In this document: positions 9,033 through 18,019 of the stretch, piece by piece
How positions within the stretch are numbered: position 1 is the stretch's first letter
Layout: each line of letters opens with the position of its first letter
The notes under the pieces: model-generated
What the model was told of the DNA's origin: nothing
The model's database searches: none
The model's input: the letters and a program-made list of their open reading frames with translations, nothing else
Position numbers and translations under genes: made by a program
Origin: Thermodesulfovibrionales bacterium
GTDB taxonomy: Bacteria > Nitrospirota > Thermodesulfovibrionia > Thermodesulfovibrionales > UBA1546
Length of the DNA stretch: 35,928 nt
Assembly (NCBI GenBank): GCA_030018605.1
Contig: JASEHP010000002.1
Coordinates: 1 to 35,928 of the forward strand
Direction of reading: 5' to 3'

Positions 9033-10268
9033 CTACCACTCAATCTTCTGCGTCTTTAAAAAATTCTGAGCCGCCTTGTCTCCTAATCTTGCAGCCTTTC
9101 TAATGTCTTCCACGGCTTTATACGTATCGCCGAGCAGCCCATAAACCCTGCCGCGGTTGAAATAAGCCTCGGAATCGCCGGGATTCAGCTCCACAGCCTT
9201 GTTAAAATCTTCAAGCGCCTTGTGATAATTTCCCGATTCGGCATAAGCAAGTCCGCGGTAAAAATAAGCCTTCTCATACTCGGGATTTAACTTTATGGCA
9301 TGGCTGAAATCCTCAAGCGCCTGTTGTTCTTTTCCCAGCGCCCCATAGGCAACTCCGCGATAGCAATAAGCCTCTTCATGTTTTGGATTAAATTTTAAAG
9401 CCATAGTGTAGTCCTTAAGTGCCTGCTGATAATTTCCCGATCTCGCATAGGCATTACCGCGGGAAAGATACGCCCTTACATACTTAGGATTCAATTTCAA
9501 CGCTTTTGTAATATCCTTAACAGCATGCTGATTATTGCCGGCTTCCCCATAGGCATTCCCTCGAAAGACATAAAACTTCTCATTATTAGGGGTTAATTTT
9601 ATGGCCTTCATAAACGCCTCGACTGCTTTCTGGGGGTTGCCGGAATTCACAAGCACACATCCATTCTCAAACCAGTCAATTGCACTTAAAATCTTTACTG
9701 CCTCATTATACCCCGATAATATCGGGGCTATCTTCCCATCTGCACTGCCTGCCTCATGCTGTTCTTTTAATTTTTCAAGCCTTTTTAAAATTCCTGATGC
9801 TTTCTTCCTTACCTCTTCTATCTCTCCTGTATTTCTCTTATCCCTGCTCAGAACAGCAATAGACTTAACTATCTCATCAGGATTAACAGAAACCCCTGCC
9901 TTAACATAAAAGGCATTTTTATCCCATTTCTGTTCTATCACATCAGTCCTTACAATTACCGAGATAAGAGCCGTAGTCTGATTTTTAGTGAGTTGAAGGT
10001 TTTTTATCACTGCCTTGCTCTCAAGGTAAGCTTCTATTTCACTGAATAAAAGCCTCTTCGCATTCTCCATCGCAATTATACGGGCAGAAACCTTGTTGTC
10101 AAGCTCTCCTGCCTGATAGGTATATTCCTTCTGAAAAGAAACCGTTTCAGCAAAAGCAGTCCCTGCCGTCAGAGATGTAAAAGCAATGACCAGCAAAAGA
10201 AAACTTTTGACAAGACATTTTTTCCTGATTCTCCGATATACAAAACTCTTAATGTCATCTCTTAACAC
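9033..10268 (-). CDS. Secreted/lipoprotein-like TPR repeat protein
   Basis: 411 aa with GTG start and a signal peptide (LLLVIAFTSLTAGTAFA). Roughly 200-aa unknown N-terminal domain, then about 6 canonical TPRs (repeated Y.RG.AY...G....A..D...A..L.P). Confidence 0.75.
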   Translation of the reverse strand: MLRDDIKSFVYRRIRKKCLVKSFLLLVIAFTSLTAGTAFAETVSFQKEYTYQAGELDNKVSARIIAMENAKRLLFSEIEAYLESKAVIKNLQLTKNQTTALISVIVRTDVIEQKWDKNAFYVKAGVSVNPDEIVKSIAVLSRDKRNTGEIEEVRKKASGILKRLEKLKEQHEAGSADGKIAPILSGYNEAVKILSAIDWFENGCVLVNSGNPQKAVEAFMKAIKLTPNNEKFYVFRGNAYGEAGNNQHAVKDITKALKLNPKYVRAYLSRGNAYARSGNYQQALKDYTMALKFNPKHEEAYCYRGVAYGALGKEQQALEDFSHAIKLNPEYEKAYFYRGLAYAESGNYHKALEDFNKAVELNPGDSEAYFNRGRVYGLLGDTYKAVEDIRKAARLGDKAAQNFLKTQKIEW

Positions 10269-10293
10269 TTTTCAGAAACCTCACTTTATTTCT

Positions 10294-11040
10294 TTACGAG
10301 TCTACAACCGGCGATGCAGCCGGGTCAAAAGGGTTTGTCCTTACAGCAAGGGAAAACAGATAAGGATAACTTTCCTTTAAATGCTCCATATACCCCAACC
10401 ACTCTGTTATCAGCATAATATACGCCCTCTTTATATCACCCGAAAGATGTTCATAATCAGCATTGGGCAGGGTTCTCAAATCTTTCCTGTGTGATAATTC
10501 CTCGGTCAGATGTGTTACAGCCCACAGAAGATCAGTGAAAGATTCGTGTTCCAGTAAATTAGGATTTTGCAGAAGGGCGAGTAAAAACCTTCTTTCTCCG
10601 ACAAGAAAATCCCTCAGACCCTCAAGATCGCCCCCATTGATCTCAATCCTACAGTTGTAATTCTTGACATATTTTTTTACCATGGAAAATTCCCGTTCCG
10701 GCCAATTGGATGCAACAACAAGCCTTGCTCCTATCTTTTCAGGGTGAGCATCAAAAGCAGAGAGGTATTTAAGAAGAGAAGTGCCGACCTCGCTGAAAAA
10801 AACACCTATGGCCATATTCATCTTCTTCAGCATGTCGCGCTTTTCCCTCTCATTCAGCAAGCGGTGTATAATCAGCGTAACCAGCAGGACTTCAATGGGA
10901 ACAAATGCGATATCACCTAACAAATAAATAAAGATGTGGTGACTGTCTCTGAAGATTGCGTAGTGAATAAGATAGAAAATCGCAGAGAGAGTAATTAGCG
11001 CAATGCCTAATAGAACCTGCCAACTGAAGATTTTTTTCAC
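10294..11040 (-). CDS. Hypothetical membrane protein (2 N-terminal TM helices plus helical cytoplasmic domain)
   Basis: 248 aa. Two hydrophobic helices (VLLGIALITLSAIFYLIHYAIF; IAFVPIEVLLVTLIIHRLL). No recognisable motif. Co-directional with, and 25 nt upstream of, the TPR gene. Confidence 0.55.
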   Translation of the reverse strand: MKKIFSWQVLLGIALITLSAIFYLIHYAIFRDSHHIFIYLLGDIAFVPIEVLLVTLIIHRLLNEREKRDMLKKMNMAIGVFFSEVGTSLLKYLSAFDAHPEKIGARLVVASNWPEREFSMVKKYVKNYNCRIEINGGDLEGLRDFLVGERRFLLALLQNPNLLEHESFTDLLWAVTHLTEELSHRKDLRTLPNADYEHLSGDIKRAYIMLITEWLGYMEHLKESYPYLFSLAVRTNPFDPAASPVVDS

Positions 11041-11059
11041 CTTAGAACACCTCTACTCC

Positions 11060-11131
11060 GTCATTGCGAGCCGAAGGCGCGGCAATCTTGCTTTCTGGGA
11101 TTGCTTCATCACTAACGCTCCTCGCAATGAC
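11060..11131. repeat. Complete small MITE/REP-like element with 11-bp terminal inverted repeats (right flank of island)
   Basis: gtcattgcgag (11060..11070) ... ctcgcaatgac (11121..11131) are exact reverse complements. The interior is ccgaaggcgcggcaatcttgctttctgggattgcttcatcactaacgctc. Confidence 0.7.
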
Positions 11132-11179
11132 AATTTCATTACTGATGCTTCATAAACAATCTATCAAACCATACTTATC

Positions 11180-11208
11180 TTGTCAATAATCTCTTATAAG
11201 GTTATAAT
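11180..11208 (+). promoter_or_regulatory. Near-consensus sigma-70 promoter for glyS
   Basis: TTGTCA at 11180..11185, exact 17-nt spacer, TATAAT at 11203..11208. It lies 29 nt upstream of the glyS ATG (AGAGGT SD). Confidence 0.6.
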
Positions 11209-11236
11209 GTTCTGAAAAAAACTAGAGGTAACATTA

Positions 11237-13315
11237 ATGACAAGGAACGAAGTTCAGCACTCATCGCTGCTTTTAGAGATAGGCACAGAAGACATCCCTG
11301 CAAGGTTTCTGCCATCTGCCATACAGCAACTAAAAGAAAACACAGAGACAATATTTAAAGAAAATCATATAAGGTTTTCAGCAGTAAAAACATTGGGCTC
11401 TCCGCGAAGACTTGCAGTAATTGCAGCCGGGATCCCACCGATGCAGGAAGACAGAGTAAAAGAAATATTCGGCCCTTCTAAAAAGGCAGCTTTTGATACG
11501 GATGGCAGACCTACAAAGGCAGCAGCAGGATTTGCCAGATCTCAAGGCATAAGCATTGAAAAACTCATCGTTAAAAAGAAGGACAAAGGTGAATACGTTG
11601 CTGCAGTCATAGAAGAAAAAGGCATATATGTCAGGGCACTTCTTCCTGAAATACTTAAAAAAATCGTGTTTTCAGTGCATCTTCCGAAATCAATGCGCTG
11701 GGGCGGCAATGACATAAGATTTATACGGCCTATCAGATGGCTGTTGTCTCTGTTTGATAACGAAACAATCAGTTTTGAGATAGATGGGATAAAAAGCGGC
11801 AACATGACCCGTGGGCACAGATTCCTGTCGCCTGCCGCTTTTCAGATAAAGGAAATCCCTGCTTATACAAGGCTGCTTGCAAATAACCATGTAATAGTTG
11901 ACCCATTGGAAAGAAGAAGGATTATGACAGAAAAAGCAGAGAAGCTCTCATCTTCCATAAACGGGAAAATCGTGAAAGACGAAGAACTCATTGAGACTGT
12001 CTCAAATCTCGTAGAATATCCTGCGCCGGTATTAGGCAGCTTCCCGCAGGAATATCTCAGGCTTCCCAAAGAGCTGCTTATAACGGTAATGAGAGAACAT
12101 CAGAAATACTTTGCAATTGAAGATATTAAAGGCGTGCTCACAAATTACTTTATCATTATAAGCAACACTGCTGAACAAAATTCAGGAACTGTTAATATCG
12201 GGGCGGAACGTGTTATAAAGGCAAGATTTGAGGATGCCAAATTCTATTTTGAAGAAGACTGCAGGAAAAAACTTGAAGACAGGATAAACAGCCTTAAAAA
12301 TGTCGTGTATCAGGAAAAACTCGGGACACTCTACGAGAAAGCATTGAGGGTCAAAACCCTTACGTCATATCTTGCGTCAAAAATAAATGTCTCTCTCATG
12401 CAAAAGGTCGAAAGAGCAGCGCTTCTCTCCAAAACAGACCTCCTGACAGGCGTCGTAAGGGAATTTCCGGAACTTCAGGGAATTATTGGAAAATACTATG
12501 CAACCAATGACAATGAAGACGCAGAAGTTTCAACAGCGTTGATGGAACAGTATCTCCCGGCATTTCATGGAGACAGACTGCCTGAAACAGAGACTGGCGC
12601 TATTCTCAGCCTTGCAGACAAACTGGATAATATAACTTCATTCTTCTCCATTGGACTTATACCAACAGGCTCGGAAGACCCCTTTGCATTAAGGAGACAG
12701 ACATTTGCAGTCATAGCAATACTGCTTAATAAAGGCTACGCTTTATCGCTCAAAGATATTGTTGATGCTTCTTTGAAAAACCTGAAAGGCACTAATCGGT
12801 CAGGAGAAATTGCAGAAACAGCGCTCAGATTCTTTGAACAGAGGCTTGAGCCTTTGTTTTTATCAGAAGGGTATGGTTCGGATATAGTCCAGTCTGTGCT
12901 CCATCTCTCCGCAGAAATTCCGTTAAAAGAAATACGAAGAAGGCTTCAGGCTGTTAAGGAATTTAAGGAAACAGATAACTACAATGATTTTCTCACTGCC
13001 ATAAAGAGGGTGAAAAATATTACCCCCGCGGCTGCACTCCCTTCATTAAAGGGGAAACTGCTTCATGCAGATCCGGAGAAAAAACTCCACGAGGAATTCA
13101 GCAAACTGAAAACCGAAATTGAAAGCCTGATAGATGGACACAAATATTCCGAAGCGCTGAGAATTCTTTCAGGACTGACCGCCCCTATCAATCATTTTTT
13201 TGACAAGGTCCTTGTAATGGATAAAAGGGAAGAGATTAAACTTAATCGGCTTGCGCTTCTGAAAGGCATCTGGACGCTCGCATCATCAATAGCGGATTTT
13301 TCAAAACTGCAATAA
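11237..13315 (+). CDS. glyS: Glycine--tRNA ligase beta subunit
   Basis: 692 aa. LLLEIGTEDIPARF N-terminus, RRLAV, HQKYF and LRRQ motifs typical of GlyS. Confidence 0.95.
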   Translation: MTRNEVQHSSLLLEIGTEDIPARFLPSAIQQLKENTETIFKENHIRFSAVKTLGSPRRLAVIAAGIPPMQEDRVKEIFGPSKKAAFDTDGRPTKAAAGFARSQGISIEKLIVKKKDKGEYVAAVIEEKGIYVRALLPEILKKIVFSVHLPKSMRWGGNDIRFIRPIRWLLSLFDNETISFEIDGIKSGNMTRGHRFLSPAAFQIKEIPAYTRLLANNHVIVDPLERRRIMTEKAEKLSSSINGKIVKDEELIETVSNLVEYPAPVLGSFPQEYLRLPKELLITVMREHQKYFAIEDIKGVLTNYFIIISNTAEQNSGTVNIGAERVIKARFEDAKFYFEEDCRKKLEDRINSLKNVVYQEKLGTLYEKALRVKTLTSYLASKINVSLMQKVERAALLSKTDLLTGVVREFPELQGIIGKYYATNDNEDAEVSTALMEQYLPAFHGDRLPETETGAILSLADKLDNITSFFSIGLIPTGSEDPFALRRQTFAVIAILLNKGYALSLKDIVDASLKNLKGTNRSGEIAETALRFFEQRLEPLFLSEGYGSDIVQSVLHLSAEIPLKEIRRRLQAVKEFKETDNYNDFLTAIKRVKNITPAAALPSLKGKLLHADPEKKLHEEFSKLKTEIESLIDGHKYSEALRILSGLTAPINHFFDKVLVMDKREEIKLNRLALLKGIWTLASSIADFSKLQ

Positions 13316-13401
13316 AGATCCTGCACAAATTATTTTTATTTGAAGGCATTCGCGTCCATGCATGTAAGAATCAATTGCATTTTTCGGGTTAAACAATCGA
13401 A

Positions 13402-13773
13402 TCAGATTTCCAGGACAACACAGGCAATGCCGTAGTCTTTTTCGTGGCTAAGGCTTATTAATGCCTGCTTTATCGCCTTTTCTTCAAAAAATCTTTTCAG
13501 CTTTCCGTTTGTTTTTATAACAGGCTTGCCGCTTTCAGAGCTTATTACCTCAATATCGGTAAGAGGAACAACAACCTCTGAGCCTATAGCCTTTATCAGC
13601 GCTTCTTTTGCGGCAAAGCGCACCGCAAGCGAGAGATACGGATTTTTCTTCTCATAGCAGTAGGAAATTTCCGTCTTAGTAAAAACCCTCTCAAGAAATT
13701 TCCTGTCCCACTTTTCAACAACATCCTTCATCCGTTCAATCCTGACAAGGTCTATGCCGACGCCGTAAATCAT
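13402..13773 (-). CDS. acpS: Holo-[acyl-carrier-protein] synthase
   Basis: 123 aa. [15 protein letters not shown]...[11 protein letters not shown]...[17 protein letters not shown] is the AcpS signature. ATGA overlap with the pdxJ stop. Confidence 0.92.
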   Translation of the reverse strand: MIYGVGIDLVRIERMKDVVEKWDRKFLERVFTKTEISYCYEKKNPYLSLAVRFAAKEALIKAIGSEVVVPLTDIEVISSESGKPVIKTNGKLKRFFEEKAIKQALISLSHEKDYGIACVVLEI

Positions 13774-14477
13774 ATCATCAACTCCTTCATCTCCCTAACA
13801 GCCCTCTCAATTCCCACAAGTACGGCTCTTGAGACAATACCGTGTCCAATGTACAGCCCTCTTAATCCCTCAATCGCCGCAACACTTTTGACATTAAAAT
13901 AATTAAGCCCGTGTCCTGCATTAGCGTCAAGCCCCAGACTCAACGCCTCTTTTACAGACCGTGCAACCTTTATAAGTTCTTTTTCCTGTTTACTGCCCCT
14001 TGCGTTTGCATAAAGGCCTGTGTGTATCTCCACCATATCAGCGCCTGTTTCTTTGGCTACGGCAATATCATCGGATGACGGATTTATAAAAAGGCTGACA
14101 GGTATCCCTGCGCCCTGAATCCTCTTGATTGCATTTTTAAGGTTAGACTTATGCCTTTTAACATCAAGCCCTCCTTCTGTTGTAAGCTCCTCGCGTTTCT
14201 CAGGCACAAGCGTCACCATATCAGGCTTTATCTTCAACGCAATGCCTGTCATATCTTTTGTAGCTGCCATCTCCAGATTTAACTCAACAGGGATAACTTC
14301 CCTTAATATCCTTAAATCCCTGTCATGTATGTGCCGCCTGTCTTCTCTCAGATGGACTGTAATGCCGTCGGCCCCGCCTAATATTGCAAGAGTTGCAGCC
14401 ATCACAGGGTCAGGCTCTATGCCTTTTCTTGCCTCTCTTACAGTGGCAACATGGTCAACATTAACGCCAAGAATCAT
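13770..14477 (-). CDS. pdxJ: Pyridoxine 5'-phosphate synthase
   Basis: [17 protein letters not shown]...[12 protein letters not shown]...LNLEMA...[19 protein letters not shown]...HTG.YA...AGHGLNY. I prefer the ATG at 14477 (GGGAGA SD upstream) over the track TTG start at 14501. Confidence 0.93.
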   Translation of the reverse strand: MILGVNVDHVATVREARKGIEPDPVMAATLAILGGADGITVHLREDRRHIHDRDLRILREVIPVELNLEMAATKDMTGIALKIKPDMVTLVPEKREELTTEGGLDVKRHKSNLKNAIKRIQGAGIPVSLFINPSSDDIAVAKETGADMVEIHTGLYANARGSKQEKELIKVARSVKEALSLGLDANAGHGLNYFNVKSVAAIEGLRGLYIGHGIVSRAVLVGIERAVREMKELMI

Positions 14478-14490
14478 TTCCCGTCTCCCT

Positions 14491-15240
14491 CTAATATGCA
14501 AATTTATAGAATATCAAACCCAAATATTCACGGAAGGCTGTTGCAGCGCTGTCAAAACCTCCGGGCAGATAACTCTCCCATCCATATCTTTTATTTTCCC
14601 ATGTCTGGAAGTTGGCAGGCGCCGGAAGAACATCAATGCCAACTTTCCGGAAACTCATTATAGCACGTTTCATGTGATAGGCAGATGTTACAAGAATGAC
14701 TTTTTTATAATTAAATTTTCTGCATATCTCCATGGAATACCTTGCATTCTCAATCGTATCCCTGCTTTTGTCTTCTGGTATAACCTTATTAGCCGGCACA
14801 CCGAGATCAATCAGAAACCGTTTGACCACAACTGCCTCTGCTTTTCTGCCTTTGAACACGCTTCCTCCCGACACAATTATCGGAATATCCAGCCTCCTCT
14901 GCAGCCTCACAGCAGTAATAATCCTTGCCGATGTTTCCTCAGAAGGCGCGCCGATGCCCGACAGATCAGGCGTCCCGTCAGAAATACCTCCTCCAAGAAG
15001 CACAATTACATCGCCACTCGGGGCTTCAGGTATTTTCACACCTGATTCCAAAACCCTGAACAAGCTGTCCGAAACAGGCGACACCGAAAGCACCCACATT
15101 AAAAACGCCGTCAAAAGATTAAAGAAGCCTATCTTCCAGTGTCTTTTAAAAAAGAGCCACACTGCCGTGCATATTAATAAGACAATAAATATCCCTGGCG
15201 GCATAAGAAATGGAGTCAATATTTTCTTGAACATGAACAT
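14491..15240 (-). CDS. YdcF/ElyC family (DUF218) protein
   Basis: 249 aa. N-terminal TM helices, then VVLGGG...R...A..L......PIIVSGG...E...M...L...GVP...I..E..S..T.ENA...[10 protein letters not shown], the typical DUF218 pattern. Confidence 0.75.
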   Translation of the reverse strand: MFMFKKILTPFLMPPGIFIVLLICTAVWLFFKRHWKIGFFNLLTAFLMWVLSVSPVSDSLFRVLESGVKIPEAPSGDVIVLLGGGISDGTPDLSGIGAPSEETSARIITAVRLQRRLDIPIIVSGGSVFKGRKAEAVVVKRFLIDLGVPANKVIPEDKSRDTIENARYSMEICRKFNYKKVILVTSAYHMKRAIMSFRKVGIDVLPAPANFQTWENKRYGWESYLPGGFDSAATAFREYLGLIFYKFAY

Positions 15241-15243
15241 TCT

Positions 15244-16962
15244 TTAATCCGAGTCTCTAAACCTAACAAGAGTTCCTATCTTCTTAATGCCATATCTGAA
15301 AATAGTAATGCCTTTGCATCCTTTTTCATAAGCAAGCAGGAATGCCCTCTCAACATCTTCTCTCTTTGATCTATGCGGCATGTTTATGGTCTTTGACACT
15401 GCGTTGTCCGTGAATTCTTGAAAACACGCCTGCATCTCTATGTGATCTTCAAATGGAATCTCATGAGTAGTCTTAAACAGTTTCCTGACATCATTGGGGA
15501 CTTCTTTAATGCCGTGAAGATTTCCCCTGCTTATGACCTTTTCTTTTAATGCCTCTGAATAAAAACCGCGGCTCTTTGCAATATCAAAAAAATACCGGTT
15601 AATCTCAAATAGTTCGGTGTTAAGAATAAGCCGCTTGTATGCAAGAGCAAACAGCGGCTCTATTCCGCTTGAGCAATCCGCAACTATGGAGAGAGTCCCT
15701 GTAGGCGCTATCGTAGTTGTGGTCGCATTCCTCACGCGGGGCATATCAGGCGCATCGTAGACAGAGCCTTTGAAATTCAGAAAGACACCACGCTGCTGCG
15801 CCAGTTCCACAGATGCGTTCCTTGACTCATCCCTCATAAACCTCATTACCAGTTTCCCGAGTTTAAATGCCTTCTTGTGATTGTAAGGGAGCCCCATGAG
15901 TACTAACATATCAGCCCATCCCATAACACCAAGACCTATCTTCCTGTTGCCTTTGTGCATAGACTCTATCGCTGGCAGAGGATATTTATTCACGTCTATG
16001 GAATTATCCAGAAACCTGACTGCAGTCCTTATGTCGTTTGACAGGGAATCATAATCTATGAGGGGTTTTGTTTTTCCGTCTGTCGGTTTTACATATTTTG
16101 AAAGGTTCAGCGAACCCAATATGCATGCCTCATACGGAAGCAACGGCTGCTCGCCGCAGGGATTTGTTGACTCAATACTGCCAATATTCGGAGTCGGATT
16201 ATCCCTGTTAATCCTGTCAATGAATACAAGTCCGGGATCTCCTGTCTCCCATGCGCTCTCAACAAGTTCCTTAAAAACATCGTGCGCCTTGAGTTTTCCG
16301 GCAGATGCCTTGCTCCTCGGATTTACAAGCTCATACTCACCGCCATTTTTAAGGGCATCCATAAATGCATCCGTCACTGAAACAGAGATATTAAAGTTCG
16401 TCAATTCTCCCTCTGCCCTTTTGATGCGGATAAAATCAAGGATATCAGGATGGTCAATGCGCAGCATCCCCATATTAGCCCCGCGCCTTGCTCCGCCTTG
16501 TTTAATGACATCGGTTGCGGTGTTGTATATCTTCATAAAAGAGACCGGTCCGCTTGCGATTCCCCCCGTTGAACGCACAATATCAGCCTTGGGCCTTAAC
16601 CTTGTAAAAGAAAAACCTGTGCCGCCGCCGCTCTGAAGGATTAGTGCGGCATTTTTCAGCGTATCAAATATAGAGCTCATTGAGTCATCTACAGGAAGCA
16701 CAAAACATGCGGCAAGCTGCCCTATGTCTTTTCCCGCGTTCATGAGCGTTGGCGAATTCGGAAGAAATCTGAGGGATGTCATCAATTCGTAGAATTTTTC
16801 TTCCCACTGAGCGGCATTGCCATCGTATTGAGCCTCGGCAGATGCAATTATTCGCGCAACCCTCCTGAACATCCCTTCAGGAGTTTCTATGACCTTCCCT
16901 CTTTCGTCCTTGAGGAGATACCTTGCATTAAGCACTTTTAGGGCATTTTCAGTAAGATTCAT
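15244..16962 (-). CDS. nrdJ: Adenosylcobalamin-dependent (class II) ribonucleotide reductase, short form
   Basis: 572 aa. ALKVLNARYLLKDERG...ETPEGMFRRVA, PNSPTLMNAG, SNPCGEQPLLPYEACILGS, TIAPTGTLS and AVSKTINMP motifs. The ORF ends shortly after KGCKGITIFRYG with no Cys-rich tail. Confidence 0.88.
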   Translation of the reverse strand: MNLTENALKVLNARYLLKDERGKVIETPEGMFRRVARIIASAEAQYDGNAAQWEEKFYELMTSLRFLPNSPTLMNAGKDIGQLAACFVLPVDDSMSSIFDTLKNAALILQSGGGTGFSFTRLRPKADIVRSTGGIASGPVSFMKIYNTATDVIKQGGARRGANMGMLRIDHPDILDFIRIKRAEGELTNFNISVSVTDAFMDALKNGGEYELVNPRSKASAGKLKAHDVFKELVESAWETGDPGLVFIDRINRDNPTPNIGSIESTNPCGEQPLLPYEACILGSLNLSKYVKPTDGKTKPLIDYDSLSNDIRTAVRFLDNSIDVNKYPLPAIESMHKGNRKIGLGVMGWADMLVLMGLPYNHKKAFKLGKLVMRFMRDESRNASVELAQQRGVFLNFKGSVYDAPDMPRVRNATTTTIAPTGTLSIVADCSSGIEPLFALAYKRLILNTELFEINRYFFDIAKSRGFYSEALKEKVISRGNLHGIKEVPNDVRKLFKTTHEIPFEDHIEMQACFQEFTDNAVSKTINMPHRSKREDVERAFLLAYEKGCKGITIFRYGIKKIGTLVRFRDSD

Positions 16963-16998
16963 AAGAACATTATAGCAGAAAAAGTTTTTGAAACAGCA

Positions 16999-17122
16999 TC
17001 TCTCTTATTGAGAGAGGAATAACAATTGATCTTCCCTGCGGCAAGACCGCAGGGAATCTAATGTAAGGAATATTTGTTATTACATCCGCTCGCTTGACCC
17101 CGTGGCAGAGACCACGGGGAAT
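16999..17122. repeat. Three stem-loops each ending in GGAAT in the nrdJ / small-ORF divergent intergenic region
   Basis: ctctc-loop-gagag+GAAT (about 16999..17020). TTCCCTGCGG-caaga-CCGCAGGGAA (17032..17056). CCCCGTGG-cagaga-CCACGGGG+AAT (17098..17122). Confidence 0.6.
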
Positions 17123-17167
17123 ACGCTCGCTATCCATTTAAGGTATAATTATCAATACGGAGGTTTT

Positions 17168-17362
17168 ATGGAATGCATACAGGAAAAGAATAAAAAATAC
17201 TGCAACTGCACTTATGAGCCGTGTGAGAGAAAACACAGATGCTGTGAATGCCTGCACTATCACAGGAAAAACGAAGAACTGCCTGCATGTTTCTTCACCA
17301 AAGAAGCCGAGCGCACCTATGACCGCTCAATAGCGAATTTTATAAAGATGCATAAAGGGTAG
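17168..17362 (+). CDS. Small Cys-rich conserved protein (resembles DUF6485-type proteins, from memory)
   Basis: 64 aa from the ATG at 17168 (GGAGG SD 5 nt upstream): [43 protein letters not shown]... The track start at 17102 runs through the hairpin repeat and is probably spurious. Confidence 0.6.
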   Translation: MECIQEKNKKYCNCTYEPCERKHRCCECLHYHRKNEELPACFFTKEAERTYDRSIANFIKMHKG

Positions 17363-17370
17363 AGCAAAAA

Positions 17371-17871
17371 TTAATTATCCATCTGAATCTTTATATATGC
17401 CTTTGACCTTAAGTCCTCTATATGCTTTCTCAGCCTTATATTGACCTCTTTTTCAATCAGATATTCCTCAATCTTTTCCCTTGCATCGTCAAACTCAGTC
17501 TTCCCAAATTCTTTTCTGTTTTTATCATAGAATTCCCTCAGATCGTCCTCTGTTATCTTTATGAACGTCCTGAGCTTTAGCTCTATATACTCCTTTATAA
17601 CCTCATCCGGATTAGCCCCCTCTATACGAAGTTTCTTTGCCTCTCTCAAAAGGAGCATCCTGTTTATCTTCGTGTTCAACATCTCTTCTTTTTTTATATC
17701 AGGCATCTTTTTCACCGCAGCCTTATAATTCTCGTCAAGTTCACTCATGGTTATCGCCTTGTCATCAACGAAAGCAACCACCCTGTCAACCACCTCTGCG
17801 GAAACAAACGGCAGACTGATGACCAGCAAAACTGCACAGCCTAAAAATAGAGAGACTTTAGTTCCTTTCAT
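17371..17871 (-). CDS. SurA N-terminal domain-like periplasmic chaperone
   Basis: 166 aa with a signal peptide (VSLFLGCAVLLVISLPFVSA). VVDRVVAFVDDKAITMSELDE... resembles the SurA_N chaperone domain. No PPIase domain. Confidence 0.55.
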   Translation of the reverse strand: MKGTKVSLFLGCAVLLVISLPFVSAEVVDRVVAFVDDKAITMSELDENYKAAVKKMPDIKKEEMLNTKINRMLLLREAKKLRIEGANPDEVIKEYIELKLRTFIKITEDDLREFYDKNRKEFGKTEFDDAREKIEEYLIEKEVNIRLRKHIEDLRSKAYIKIQMDN

Positions 17872-17934
17872 TTTATACCCTTAATCTTACATCAAAAAAT
17901 TGAATATTTTCCATGCCCTCATGTATTATAAAAA

Positions 17935-17990
17935 CAGTCGTCAGTTGTTAGTTGTCAGTTTTCAGCCAAACAACTAACAAACTAAAAACT
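17935..17990. repeat. Heptanucleotide tandem array with inverted half (hairpin-forming), upstream of hisG
   Basis: cagtcgt cagttgt tagttgt cagtttt cagccaa acaacta acaaact aaaaact. gttgttagttg (17944..17954) pairs with caactaacaa(a)c (17971..17982). Confidence 0.7.
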
Positions 17991-18019
17991 TGATTAGCAA
18001 GGGCTATGAGGAGAAAATT

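Noticed and set aside
13316-13401. Bidirectional terminator between the convergent glyS and acpS
   Set aside because: Only a 5-bp stem (atgca/tgcat) before a T-run. Too weak to call.
14125-15045. 306-aa plus-strand ORF
   Set aside because: Entirely antisense to the well-supported pdxJ and ydcF-like genes. The translation is Ser/Ile/Pro-rich low complexity with no motif. Typical shadow ORF.
16058-16636. 192-aa plus-strand ORF
   Set aside because: Antisense to nrdJ, whose identity is secure. No recognisable motifs.
16963-17167. Cobalamin riboswitch or NrdR boxes upstream of nrdJ
   Set aside because: The hairpin loops (cAGAGACCac, cAAGACCgc) vaguely resemble a B12 box, and GGGAA is present. 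The GGTG..AA.TCC...GCCACTG core elements are absent on either strand. No paired 16-bp NrdR palindromes were seen.
17102-17167. Longer 86-aa version of the small Cys-rich ORF
   Set aside because: The extension lies over the hairpin repeat and lacks an SD. The ATG at 17168 has GGAGG upstream and starts the conserved Cys-rich part.
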